The position numbers and the translations under genes were made by a program. A stretch of DNA of 64,000 bases, taken from assembly GCA_049317985.1 (NCBI GenBank), contig JBMOHF010000001.1, positions 25,605-89,604 on the forward strand. The letters run 5' to 3'. The stretch is from Patescibacteria group bacterium (GTDB lineage Bacteria > Patescibacteriota > Patescibacteriia > Patescibacteriales > UBA12465). The notes below the pieces were generated by a model. That model did not search any database. It was not told the origin of the DNA and worked only from the letters and a program-made list of their open reading frames with translations. Positions 1-8,424 of this stretch are shown one piece after another (the stretch's first letter is position 1; each line of letters begins with the position of its first letter).

Positions 1-1
1 T

Positions 2-1066
2 TCGGTATTCTCTTTTTTTGCGTTGTTTGGTTTCTTTAAGGTTGCACATGCTCCTTTTCAGGAAATTATCAAAAAATTAGCGATTCAGCGGGACGAACGG
101 GTTGTTGTCGCTAATTCTCGTTTACCAGAAGTTTCTGAGGAAAAGCCAATTGAATTTATTTTTGGTGGCGACGTAATGTTATCTCGGCAAGTAAACAAGA
201 AGATGGAAAGCTATAATAATTATGTTTGGCCATTCTTGAAAATTGCCGATTATCTGAAGAGGGCAGATCTAACAGTCGTAAACTTGGAATCCCCCTTTGT
301 TATTACTAAAGACTATTCCGTTCAGACTGGTTCATTTTTGTTCAAAGTAAACCCGAAAGCGATTACTGGATTATTGAGTGCGGGGATTGATCTGGTTTCT
401 TTGGCAAATAACCATTCTTTCAACCAGGGAAGTGAGGGGCTGGCGGACACTTTTAAAATTTTAAACGACAATGGGATAAAATATATTGGTGCGGGGAAGA
501 ATGAAGATGAAGCTCGTCGAGGGGAGGTAGTCGAGATTAATAATCAGAAATTTGGTTTTTTGGCCTATGCTTACCCGGAAGATAATTCAGTGGCAGGAGC
601 AAATACTGCCGGTATCGCGGATATGGATTTAAAAAAAATGAAGAGTGACGTTGAGAGATTAAAAAAAGAGGTAGCAACCGTGATTGTTGAAATGCACGCA
701 GGAGTAGAATACACAACAAAACCAAATGAACAACAGACTATCTTTGCGAGAGCAGCGATTGACGCTGGTGCAGCCGCGGTAATCGGTCATCATCCCCATT
801 GGCCGCAGACTTTTGAATTCTACAAAGGCCAGCCGATTATCTATTCACTTGGTAATCTGATTTTTGATCAGATGTGGTCAAAAGAAACCCAGCAGGGAAT
901 GCTGGTGAAAATGGTTTGGAATAATAATAGCTGGGAGAGGGTTGAGTTTGTGCCGATAAAAATTTATGATTACGGCCAGGCAGAACTAATGCCGGCGGGT
1001 GCAGAGAAAAATGCGATCCTGAAAAAGATTGGGGCACCGGAGGACGGAGTGATTAGGGGAAAATAA
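2..1066 (+). CDS. CapA/PGA_cap-family metallophosphatase-like protein (poly-gamma-glutamate synthesis family), 5' end outside window
   Basis: Frame is open from nt 2 (SVFSFFALFGFF, hydrophobic anchor), so the listed TTG at 23 is probably internal. Motifs GGDVMLSR, NLESPF, ANNHSFNQG and GHHPHWPQ are typical of CapA family. Confidence 0.75.
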   Translation, partial: SVFSFFALFGFFKVAHAPFQEIIKKLAIQRDERVVVANSRLPEVSEEKPIEFIFGGDVMLSRQVNKKMESYNNYVWPFLKIADYLKRADLTVVNLESPFVITKDYSVQTGSFLFKVNPKAITGLLSAGIDLVSLANNHSFNQGSEGLADTFKILNDNGIKYIGAGKNEDEARRGEVVEINNQKFGFLAYAYPEDNSVAGANTAGIADMDLKKMKSDVERLKKEVATVIVEMHAGVEYTTKPNEQQTIFARAAIDAGAAAVIGHHPHWPQTFEFYKGQPIIYSLGNLIFDQMWSKETQQGMLVKMVWNNNSWERVEFVPIKIYDYGQAELMPAGAEKNAILKKIGAPEDGVIRGK

Positions 1067-1091
1067 AAAAACAGGCTAGCCTGTTTTTTAG
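1064..1091. terminator. Bidirectional rho-independent terminator between convergent genes
   Basis: Palindrome ACAGGCT/AGCCTGT (1071-1084) flanked by an A-run and a T-run. Confidence 0.7.
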
Positions 1092-1106
1092 TTGATATTT
1101 TTAATC

Positions 1107-1556
1107 CTAGTTTGCGCAACTTTTAAGCAATGTTTCAATCGCCGATTTTGCAATTGGTGTGATTTCGGTCTGATAAAGCTTTGCAATTTCGATAAACACC
1201 GCCCCTAGTGAATCTTGGCCATCAGGCCCATTTTTTACATCTTGTAATGGAGCGGAGACTTTGTAGTATAAACCTAAGTGATGGAGTTTTCTTGGCTCTC
1301 CTGATTCATTAGTGTATTCACGGAAGTATTCCTGGTTACCAAGAAATGAATAGTTATCCAATCTTATCCCAGTTTCTTCAATAAATTCTCTTTTTAAAGC
1401 TTCTTCAATCTTTTCTCCAAATTCTATGCCTCCACCCGGGAGATCAAGCATGCCCTTGTAGGCTCCTCTAGATTTTTTTATTAGAAGAATGCGACTTTCA
1501 TTAATAAGAATGCCATAAACACCAACATGAAAAATTTCTCCCGGTAAATTAGTCAT
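1107..1556 (-). CDS. Nudix hydrolase
   Basis: Nudix box GGGIEFGEKIEEALKREFIEETGI. Confidence 0.85.
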   Translation of the reverse strand: MTNLPGEIFHVGVYGILINESRILLIKKSRGAYKGMLDLPGGGIEFGEKIEEALKREFIEETGIRLDNYSFLGNQEYFREYTNESGEPRKLHHLGLYYKVSAPLQDVKNGPDGQDSLGAVFIEIAKLYQTEITPIAKSAIETLLKSCAN

Positions 1557-1571
1557 ATTATTCCAGTTTTT

Positions 1572-2000
1572 TTAGGATTCATGAGAATCTGCTCCTAATA
1601 ATATATCTTGATAATCTATTATTTCTTGGCGCAGATTAGCTATTTTTTTGTTTAAATAATCTGCCTGCTCTTTAAATGTCGAGGACGCCTCAGGATTGCT
1701 TGATTTTAGTAAATTATTTTCAGTGGCGTTTAAATCTTTTTCATACATTCCTATTTCTTTTTCTAGTAGAGGTTTGATTTCTCCGATCTTTCTGGTTAAA
1801 GCTATTTCGAAACTTTCTTTAAACTCGGAGATCGCTTCTAATTCTTTTTGTGGTATATCATCTCTTTTCGTTGCTTCCACAAGTTTTTCGTATTCAATTT
1901 TTTCGTTTGAGATTTCCGATCTGAGCTGAATCATTCTGCTCTCTTCATTTTTTTGTTCTCTTATCGACTTCGCAGCCTCTTCAATAAAATTTTCACTCAT
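1572..2000 (-). CDS. Hypothetical coiled-coil protein
   Basis: 142-aa ORF rich in E/K/L heptad-like sequence with no recognisable family. It lies behind the promoter-like block at 2037-2065. Confidence 0.5.
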   Translation of the reverse strand: MSENFIEEAAKSIREQKNEESRMIQLRSEISNEKIEYEKLVEATKRDDIPQKELEAISEFKESFEIALTRKIGEIKPLLEKEIGMYEKDLNATENNLLKSSNPEASSTFKEQADYLNKKIANLRQEIIDYQDILLGADSHES

Positions 2001-2033
2001 AAAATTTAAGTTATGTATTTATTCTCAATTACG

Positions 2034-2217
2034 AATAATGTAGCACTTATTTGCAATTTCGTCTATTTATTTGGTCTTTATCAATTTTTGGAACAATGTG
2101 GCCGTAAACTTAGACCAGGGAGAGGGGAGGCTTATTACTTTACTGTAAATATATTTGAAATATCTCATAAAATCCAATAAAAATAGAATTTTGGCCCGTT
2201 TACTAATGCGTAGTCCT
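2034..2217. repeat. Direct repeat copy 1: promoter-like block, decayed tRNA-Glu terminator and 8-9 nt of the tRNA-Glu 3' end
   Basis: Aligns by eye at about 70-75% identity with 4286-4473. It ends in cgtagtcct, matching the tRNA-Glu 3' end cgtagtccct at 4464-4473. Confidence 0.7.
2037..2065 (-). promoter_or_regulatory. Candidate sigma70-type promoter for 1572-2000
   Basis: Minus strand reads TAGACG-17 nt-TACATT. The block is conserved with the copy at 4289-4317. Confidence 0.4.
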
Positions 2218-2265
2218 AAAATCTGAAATTTCTCAAAATTTTGAGGGAATTATTGGGGGAATGGG
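2210..2265. repeat. Direct repeat Z copy 1 (starts with a tRNA-Glu 3'-end-like GTAGTCCT)
   Basis: About 85% identical over the first ~50 nt to 3537-3592. Contains the palindrome CTCAAAATTTTGAG. Confidence 0.65.
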
Positions 2266-2364
2266 GGTAATTTATAAGATGATTACAAGAAAATTTAGTG
2301 CTATTTACAAAAATTACTTTATGTGATACTTTTAGAAAAAGTCTAATTTATTTATTTTAATGTT

Positions 2365-3471
2365 ATGAAAAACAAAGCATTGCTGTCTGTTTTATTACTA
2401 ACTTCTGTTTTATTTTTTTCAGCCTGTTCCTCTAAAAAGAATGAGGTTAAAAACGCGCAAGAAATAAAAAATAATCCCGTTCAGTCACAGGAAACAGCTA
2501 GCAGCTCTGAAAAGTCAGCGGTAAACAATTATAATCAGACAACAAAAGCATGTAATGTTGGGAAGGTGCTGTTTCGGTATCCGAACGCTTGGGGTGGGTG
2601 CGTCGAGACTAAAAATGGCGTTTCTTTTAGAACTGATGACAGTCCATATCAAGTTGATTTAGTTTTAACTTTGAACGAAACGACGGGTGAAGGGTATAAT
2701 AATAACGAAGAGCATTCTTTTAATAGTAATACCTTAATTAGCGGTAACGGAGCGTTTTTTGAAGAAGCTCAGGGGGGAGCTTTAATGGGTGGCTATATTC
2801 AGATAAATAATAATTATTACCGATATAATTTTAATATTGTAAGTAATCAACCAGCGCTAGAAGAGGGAGATGGTGTTTGGACGCCTAATAATAATGTAAG
2901 CAAAGATAATTTAATATCAATTTTAAGAAGCGCTGAATTAAACTATAAAGTTTTAACCTTAGAGAAATGCGGAAAAGAGGCGACTAAAATTTCCACTCTT
3001 AAAGTTGGTGATTTTTATAAGACTCATAAAATTAAAAAAATATCTGGGAATCTTTTAGAAAAAAATTGCGAAAATTCTTGTTCAGAATTTCCTGATGGCT
3101 TGGGTTTATCAGTTTTATTTGATGGTGAAGAAACTGTTTCTGGCACCTTGTTTTATACTGATTATGTTTTCAGCTTAGCCTTTGTTCCTGATGATAAAAC
3201 ATGGACGCCAGATATATCTATAGAGAGTAACTCTAGCGACTATGTTTTAAACGGCATATCTTGTGGAAATGGATTTTCGATTAAAAATGATCTTAACGAT
3301 TCAGTTGTCACTAAATTGCCGAATATTAAAAACTTTTTAACTAATGCAAAAAACGGCGATAAATACCCCAAAAAAGTCTCAATCACAATTAAGAACTTAA
3401 CCACAACTTTTCTCTCTGGTGGCGAGAGTGGAACAATGGCTGAATTAGTAGATGTTAAAGAAATTGAATAA
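2365..3471 (+). CDS. Hypothetical lipoprotein
   Basis: Signal peptide with lipobox LFFSAC at the N-terminus. N/S-rich mature part with no recognisable family. Confidence 0.6.
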   Translation: MKNKALLSVLLLTSVLFFSACSSKKNEVKNAQEIKNNPVQSQETASSSEKSAVNNYNQTTKACNVGKVLFRYPNAWGGCVETKNGVSFRTDDSPYQVDLVLTLNETTGEGYNNNEEHSFNSNTLISGNGAFFEEAQGGALMGGYIQINNNYYRYNFNIVSNQPALEEGDGVWTPNNNVSKDNLISILRSAELNYKVLTLEKCGKEATKISTLKVGDFYKTHKIKKISGNLLEKNCENSCSEFPDGLGLSVLFDGEETVSGTLFYTDYVFSLAFVPDDKTWTPDISIESNSSDYVLNGISCGNGFSIKNDLNDSVVTKLPNIKNFLTNAKNGDKYPKKVSITIKNLTTTFLSGGESGTMAELVDVKEIE

Positions 3472-3536
3472 CCTAATATTTTACCAATTTTACAAAACAA
3501 AAAAGCGGAGTATTTATTACTGCCGCTTTTTGTTTT

Positions 3537-3592
3537 GTAGCCTTAAAATCTAAAATTTCTCTGAATTTTGAGGAAATTAATAAGGAAATTGA
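3537..3592. repeat. Direct repeat Z copy 2 (starts GTAGCCTT)
   Basis: Homologous to 2210-2265. Lies directly after a terminator-like hairpin (AGCGG...CCGCT, 3503-3527). Confidence 0.65.
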
Positions 3593-3707
3593 GAGATGAG
3601 TGGAAGTTCTTAATTGTTGTTACCTTTTGTTGGTGGTGTTTATCGTAATCGAGGCTAGATATATTATTTATTTTTTGAAATAATGAAAGAAGTTTTGTTT
3701 ACCATTC

Positions 3708-4244
3708 CTAGATATTGAATATAACTAGAAGTAGGATTCCTATTAAAACGATAGCCAACTCTTTCCAGTTAAATTTAGCCTGCTTATAGACAACCAATGG
3801 ATTAGATTGATATTTTTTAACGTTTTTTTGAAATGTTAAAGCAGTATAAATAAAAACAAACGGGACTAGGAATACGTATCTTGCTGCTACCATAAATACG
3901 AAATACATAACACCTAATATCGCTGGCTGTATTTTCAAACCTTCGCCAGTTGTTTCTTTTTTTATTAAGCTTAGTTCCTTAAATAAAATTTCAGATGATA
4001 GTATATTTAAAAATCCCCAGGCAGTCGAGTAGATTTTTTCTCCTCGCTTTTTTTTACGTTTTTCGATGGCGTTAAAATTGCGCGCAAACCAATATACAGA
4101 ATAAAAACCATAAGATAAAATACTGAATATAACTAATCTCCACGTTGGCACAATAAAAAAACTTATAACTTCTTCACTATTTTTATTGTTTATATCCATA
4201 TCGATTTTTTCACTTTTTGAGCTTTGAACATCCATGTCTTTCAT
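3708..4244 (-). CDS. Hypothetical integral membrane protein
   Basis: 178-aa ORF with about 4 hydrophobic helices and an acidic/lysine-rich N-terminus. Lies behind the conserved promoter-like block at 4289-4317. Confidence 0.55.
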   Translation of the reverse strand: MKDMDVQSSKSEKIDMDINNKNSEEVISFFIVPTWRLVIFSILSYGFYSVYWFARNFNAIEKRKKKRGEKIYSTAWGFLNILSSEILFKELSLIKKETTGEGLKIQPAILGVMYFVFMVAARYVFLVPFVFIYTALTFQKNVKKYQSNPLVVYKQAKFNWKELAIVLIGILLLVIFNI

Positions 4245-4285
4245 AGGTTTTTGAAATTATTGTTATATTTTTATTCTTCAACACA

Positions 4286-4473
4286 AATAATTTAACACTT
4301 ATTTGGCATTTTGTCTACTTGTTTAATCTTTAGCGATTTTTAGGCACAATATGGCCACAATTTCTGAAACAGGGAATAATTTTCTATCGTTTCCAGTCCA
4401 AATCGAATCTTCTCAACCCACCAAACCCCAATAAAAAACAGGCTTTTCGCCCGTTTTATATTTCGTAGTCCCT
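4286..4473. repeat. Direct repeat copy 2: promoter-like block, tRNA-Glu terminator and tRNA-Glu 3' end
   Basis: Homologous to 2034-2217. This copy abuts the intact tRNA-Glu and retains a functional-looking terminator hairpin (minus strand ACGGGC-GAAA-GCCUGU plus a U-run). Confidence 0.7.
4289..4317 (-). promoter_or_regulatory. Candidate sigma70-type promoter for 3708-4244
   Basis: Minus strand reads TAGACA-17 nt-TAAATT, about 38 nt upstream of the ATG. Confidence 0.4.
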
Positions 4474-4537
4474 AGGGGAATCGAACCCCTGTTACCAGGA
4501 TGAGAACCTGGTGTCCTAACCGTTAGACGAAGGGACC
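4466..4537 (-). tRNA. tRNA-Glu (anticodon CTC)
   Basis: Hand-folded cloverleaf: acceptor GGTCCCT/AGGGACT, anticodon arm CCAGG-TTCTCAT-CCTGG, T arm AGGGG-TTCGATT-CCCCT. No encoded CCA. Confidence 0.9.
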
Positions 4538-4548
4538 ATTTTGTAATC

Positions 4549-4911
4549 TTATTTTGTTAGCGTTCCTTGATGAAAAAATATTCTCCAACTTCCTTCTTCT
4601 TTTTTCCAGAGTGAGCTTCTGAGAGAGATGACTTTTTCTTGATCGTTTATAACTCTCTCAACCATGAATGTTGATAATGCTAAATTTTCCGAAAGAGATT
4701 TTACCTCAAAATTACTTACTGTGTAAATAATTTTGTCGCTGTTAGTAGGTAGTCTTTCTAACACATTTCTCTTGTCATAAACCATTCCTGAGCTTCCAAA
4801 TTCTTTAAAATCATCAGCCAGTAAATTGTTTAACTGTTCGTAAGAACTCCTCACTTCTGGTTTTAGAAGTGATAATTCAAGTTCGTGGATTACATCTGTT
4901 AATTCATTCAT
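4549..4911 (-). CDS. DUF4440 / SnoaL-like (NTF2-fold) protein
   Basis: 120 aa. The C-terminal pattern LRSSLWKKEEGSWRIFFHQGT is typical of DUF4440-type NTF2-like proteins. Confidence 0.55.
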   Translation of the reverse strand: MNELTDVIHELELSLLKPEVRSSYEQLNNLLADDFKEFGSSGMVYDKRNVLERLPTNSDKIIYTVSNFEVKSLSENLALSTFMVERVINDQEKVISLRSSLWKKEEGSWRIFFHQGTLTK

Positions 4912-4927
4912 ATTTTAGAATTGAATT

Positions 4928-5872
4928 TTACTTCAAAACCTTCCCCACAAAATCCTTATGTCCAGCTAGAAACTCACCAGCCTTCAAAAACTTTCCTCCT
5001 GCCAACTGTAAGCTTTCAATTTTCAATGCGCCTTTGGTTGTCGCCACCAGCAAACTCTTTTCCTCCAGGAATAATTCACCAGGCACATGTCTCGCTTCCG
5101 AAGTAATTTCCTTGGACACTGTTCCTATTTTTATCATTTTATTATCTTCTGTCAAGGCAAAACTTCCCGGCCAAGGATTAAAGGCGCGAATTTGGCGTTC
5201 TAATTCAAGAGCACTCTTCTGAAAATCCAAATGGCCATCCTCTTTTTTGATGGTGCGTACATAAGTCGCCAGGGCATCATCTTGGATCTGTTCCGGTAAC
5301 TTGTCCTCACAATAATCTTTCAGTGACTGACAGACCACCTGGCCAGCTAGTAGGGACGCTTGGTCGTGAAGCTCGCCAATATTTTCTTGTCCGTTTAAAG
5401 AGATGGCGAATTGTTTCAAAATTGGGCCAGTATCCAAACCGGCCTCCATTTTCATGATAGTCAATCCCGTTTCCTGGTCGCCGTTCAAAATCGCTGCTTG
5501 CAAACAAGCGGCACCACGATATTTTGGGAGGAGAGAAGCGTGAATGTTGATGCAGCCAAATTTCGGAATATCTAAAATATTTTGGGGAATAATTTGGCCA
5601 TAGGCCAAGACGACAATCAAGTCGGGAGCCAATTTTTCTATTTCTGTAAAAATTTCTCTCACCTTTTTTGGTTGAAAAACTGGAATATTATTTTTTTCCG
5701 CACAAACTTTCACTGCTGGTGCACTCAAGGTCTGTGTTCTGCCGATTGGCTTGTCTTCCTGAGTGACAACCGCGGTAACCGAAAAGTCCTCACTTTTTAT
5801 TAGCGCTTCCAGAGTCGGAACGGAAAATTCTGGCGTTCCCATGAAGATGACGGAATATGGGGTATTAGACAT
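4928..5872 (-). CDS. fmt: Methionyl-tRNA formyltransferase
   Basis: N-terminus VIFMGTPEFSVPTLEALI, the core INIHASLLPKYRGAA, and the C-terminal Fmt domain. Confidence 0.9.
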   Translation of the reverse strand: MSNTPYSVIFMGTPEFSVPTLEALIKSEDFSVTAVVTQEDKPIGRTQTLSAPAVKVCAEKNNIPVFQPKKVREIFTEIEKLAPDLIVVLAYGQIIPQNILDIPKFGCINIHASLLPKYRGAACLQAAILNGDQETGLTIMKMEAGLDTGPILKQFAISLNGQENIGELHDQASLLAGQVVCQSLKDYCEDKLPEQIQDDALATYVRTIKKEDGHLDFQKSALELERQIRAFNPWPGSFALTEDNKMIKIGTVSKEITSEARHVPGELFLEEKSLLVATTKGALKIESLQLAGGKFLKAGEFLAGHKDFVGKVLK

Positions 5873-5904
5873 AAATTAGGGTTAAATGATATAGTTAGCT
5901 TACT

Positions 5905-6519
5905 ATGTTTGAAATAATCATTCAATGGGTGCTGAACCTGACTCAGGGCCTCGGTTATACCGGAATTACAATTTTAATGGCGATAGAAAGTTCTTTTTTG
6001 CCACTTCCGTCGGAGTTGGTGATTCCGCCGGCCGCTTGGTTAGCCAGTGAAGGGAAGATGAATTTATGGTTAGTAATTATTGCTGGTACTTTTGGCAGTG
6101 TTCTGGGGGCGACAATCAATTATTTTCTTTCAAGGTGGTTGGGTAGATTAATAATTTACAAACTGGCTTCCAAAAAATTCTTTCAGGTCCTAGGCATTAC
6201 TAAAATGAATTTAGACCGAGCAGAGAAGATGTTCTTGGAAGATTCAAAAAAGTCGACCTTTATTGGACGTTTAATTCCCGTTGTTCGTCATCTAATTTCT
6301 ATTCCAGCTGGTTTTTGTAAGATGCCTTATGGCTCTTTTGTCCTTTATACGGCCCTTGGCTCTTTTGTTTGGGTCTCTATTTTATCAATTTTGGGGTACT
6401 TTATTGGATCGAACCGGGAACTTTTGGAGCAGTATTACGGAGAAATTAGTTGGCTCTTACTTGGTTTTGGTGCTATCTGGTTAATAATGAAGTTCCGGAA
6501 GAAGATTTTTAAGAAATAA
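5905..6519 (+). CDS. DedA-family membrane protein
   Basis: About 200 aa and multi-pass. DedA-type motifs ESSFLPLPSE and GRLIPVVRHLISIPAG. Confidence 0.8.
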   Translation: MFEIIIQWVLNLTQGLGYTGITILMAIESSFLPLPSELVIPPAAWLASEGKMNLWLVIIAGTFGSVLGATINYFLSRWLGRLIIYKLASKKFFQVLGITKMNLDRAEKMFLEDSKKSTFIGRLIPVVRHLISIPAGFCKMPYGSFVLYTALGSFVWVSILSILGYFIGSNRELLEQYYGEISWLLLGFGAIWLIMKFRKKIFKK

Positions 6520-6535
6520 ACAGAAAAAAGCTTAG

Positions 6536-6572
6536 AAAAAAAGCCTTTAGATTTGTGGTCTAAAGGCTTTTA
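6536..6572. terminator. Rho-independent terminator (strongest for the minus-strand mini-lipoprotein gene)
   Basis: 11-bp stem AAGCCTTTAGA/TCTAAAGGCTT. The minus-strand transcript is followed by a U7 run. Confidence 0.6.
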
Positions 6573-6590
6573 CTTATGTGGGCGGTAGTT

Positions 6591-6749
6591 TTAATTCCTT
6601 GTGTAAGCTTGGTGGGCTCTCATTTTAGAGCACATTTTTCCTGGCTTATAATGTCCGTAACTGTTTCCAGAGGTGCTAGCGCAACTAGCCAATAATATAC
6701 TAATTACTAAAACTAACGCGATTCCTAAAATATTTCTTCTTGTTTTCAT
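6591..6749 (-). CDS. Small putative lipoprotein (52 aa), absent from ORF track
   Basis: Hand translation gives MKTRRNILGIALVLVISILLASCASTSGNSYGHYKPGKMCSKMRAHQAYTRN. It has the lipobox LLASC, a consensus-like promoter at 6795-6823 and a terminator at 6536-6572. Confidence 0.45.
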   Translation of the reverse strand: MKTRRNILGIALVLVISILLASCASTSGNSYGHYKPGKMCSKMRAHQAYTRN

Positions 6750-6794
6750 GTCTTATGTGGTTTTTTAATGAATGAATTGACTACTTATAAATAC

Positions 6795-6823
6795 ACTATA
6801 TCATATAAATATGATATTGTCAA
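6795..6823 (-). promoter_or_regulatory. Sigma70-type promoter of the mini-lipoprotein gene
   Basis: Minus strand reads TTGACA-17 nt-TATAGT. The leader shares ATTCATTAAAAAACC with the leader of 50497-51006. Confidence 0.55.
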
Positions 6824-6914
6824 GTCTTAATTATCTTTTCTTCAATTTTAGCCAAATTATTAATGAATTAAGAAAGCAAATTTGAATTAAATTTATCCTC
6901 TTTTCCTCCTTTCC

Positions 6915-6943
6915 TTGACAAACTATTGATATTATTATATAGT
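6915..6943 (+). promoter_or_regulatory. Sigma70-type promoter for 6999-7607
   Basis: TTGACA-17 nt-TATAGT. Confidence 0.55.
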
Positions 6944-6998
6944 TGAAAGTTAAGAAAAAATTGAACATTAAAATATTAATAACCAAATAACACATGTT

Positions 6999-7607
6999 AT
7001 GCAAAGAAACAGTCAGTTTGTCATCAGTCCTTTTGTTAAACGCAAAATGGAAATTGCTCAAGTAACAGCGAAACGAAATGGCATAAAACCATTTAACGCT
7101 ACTTTTGAAACTCTTGGAGTTTTTGAAAATGTAAAAATCAGGGTCCCTGACTTTGAAAATGAAGAATTAAAACGAGTACCAATCAAAGGAGAGTCGATAA
7201 AATTTATATCGCTCAAAAATCCTTACGTAGTAACAACTCTTCCAGCGTTTTATCGCTGTGGAATTTTCGTTGCTGGGGAGAGAGTAACGAAAAACTATTT
7301 CAACTCTTCGTTAGACAATTTTGGTAGCAAAGTTGTGGCCAGAGTGGAGGTTGTAAAGAAAATCAGTTACGATCCTAAAAATCTGGGAGAGGAAAGTGTT
7401 ATCATTGATATCCATATCAACCAAGCAATTGGCATTAAGCCACTGTTAGAATTGAAAATGGATTTACCTTTTGGAGATTTTAAAATTCCCAATACTGACA
7501 GATTCTTTTCGATCAAACCAATTGAAAAGAAAGTAAAATCAATTGATGATACTTCTGAAACTACGAAAAAGAAAAGATTTACACTCATTAAAAAAGTGTT
7601 AGTGTAA
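6999..7607 (+). CDS. Hypothetical protein
   Basis: 202-aa ORF behind a good promoter with no recognisable motifs. An alternative start is at 7047 (MEIAQ). Confidence 0.5.
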   Translation: MQRNSQFVISPFVKRKMEIAQVTAKRNGIKPFNATFETLGVFENVKIRVPDFENEELKRVPIKGESIKFISLKNPYVVTTLPAFYRCGIFVAGERVTKNYFNSSLDNFGSKVVARVEVVKKISYDPKNLGEESVIIDIHINQAIGIKPLLELKMDLPFGDFKIPNTDRFFSIKPIEKKVKSIDDTSETTKKKRFTLIKKVLV

Positions 7608-7624
7608 TATTTTCCTGAAACCAA

Positions 7625-7663
7625 TAAAAAAGCAGTTACTAAAAAGTAACTGCTTCTTTTTTT
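7625..7663. terminator. Bidirectional rho-independent terminator
   Basis: 10-bp stem AGCAGTTACT/AGTAACTGCT with an A-run before it and a T-run after it. Confidence 0.75.
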
Positions 7664-7676
7664 GTCTTGGCGCCGA

Positions 7677-8171
7677 CTATTTTTTGGGTTTTAAATAGTC
7701 AATAAATAAAATTCCGTCCAAGTGATCCACCTCATGTTGAATCGCTCGGGCCAGGAGGGCGTCTTCGGCTTGAATTTTTTTCTTTTTTCCATCAAGGCCA
7801 AAGTAAAGACAGGTTACTTTTTTATGTCTTTCAATTGGATGATAAATAATTTCGCCAGCCTCATCGATCACTGAAAGGCAGCCTTCTTGCTCGGTGTTTT
7901 TCCCCCAGGATTTTTTTGTTATTTTTGGATTAATCAAAAAGAGACTTTGATTTTCATGACGTAAAACTACCATTCGAACATTTTCTCTGACCTGTGGCGC
8001 AGCTAAGCCAGCGCCGTCTTTCTCGAGCATGGTTTTCTCTAAATCAAAAGCCAGATTCCGAATCTTCTTGCTCGTAATTTCTGTCTCCGGTATTTCTTTG
8101 GAAATTTTTCGCAGGATAGGGTCTGGGTAGTGAATTATTTCCAAAATTTTTGCTGGTTGGTTTGGTTTCAT
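7677..8171 (-). CDS. def: Peptide deformylase
   Basis: Motifs GAGLAAPQV, EGCLS and HEVDHLDG. Confidence 0.92.
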   Translation of the reverse strand: MKPNQPAKILEIIHYPDPILRKISKEIPETEITSKKIRNLAFDLEKTMLEKDGAGLAAPQVRENVRMVVLRHENQSLFLINPKITKKSWGKNTEQEGCLSVIDEAGEIIYHPIERHKKVTCLYFGLDGKKKKIQAEDALLARAIQHEVDHLDGILFIDYLKPKK

Positions 8172-8424
8172 ATTTTTTTTCGATTACTTTAAAAAAGTAT
8201 TTCCATTTTTCTCCAGATAAACAAAGTTCTTTGGTGTCGGTTATTGCTCTCCTCACTTCTTCCGGTGTTTTTTCTTTACAGATTTTAAATACCGATCCTC
8301 GCTTAAAATTTGGGATGGCGAGTTCTTTGATGACTGAAAGGGCCAGGTCTTGCCAGGGGTAAGCCGGGGCTTTGACGACTTTTTTCTTGGAAATTATCTC
8401 AGAGAATGACGAAAAATCGGTCAT
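8044..8424 (-). CDS. Hypothetical small protein whose last 42 codons overlap def out of frame
   Basis: Its start overlaps the upstream gene by ATGA. The N-terminal ~84 aa fill the def-upstream gap, and the tail runs 128 nt into def across an A8 run (8173-8180). Confidence 0.4.
   Translation of the reverse strand: MTDFSSFSEIISKKKVVKAPAYPWQDLALSVIKELAIPNFKRGSVFKICKEKTPEEVRRAITDTKELCLSGEKWKYFFKVIEKKYETKPTSKNFGNNSLPRPYPAKNFQRNTGDRNYEQEDSESGF

Noticed and set aside
6831-7061. 76-aa minus-strand ORF
   Set aside because: It overlaps the consensus promoter and the start of the plus-strand gene 6999-7607, and its translation is AT-rich nonsense-like (I/N/F/L) with no RBS.
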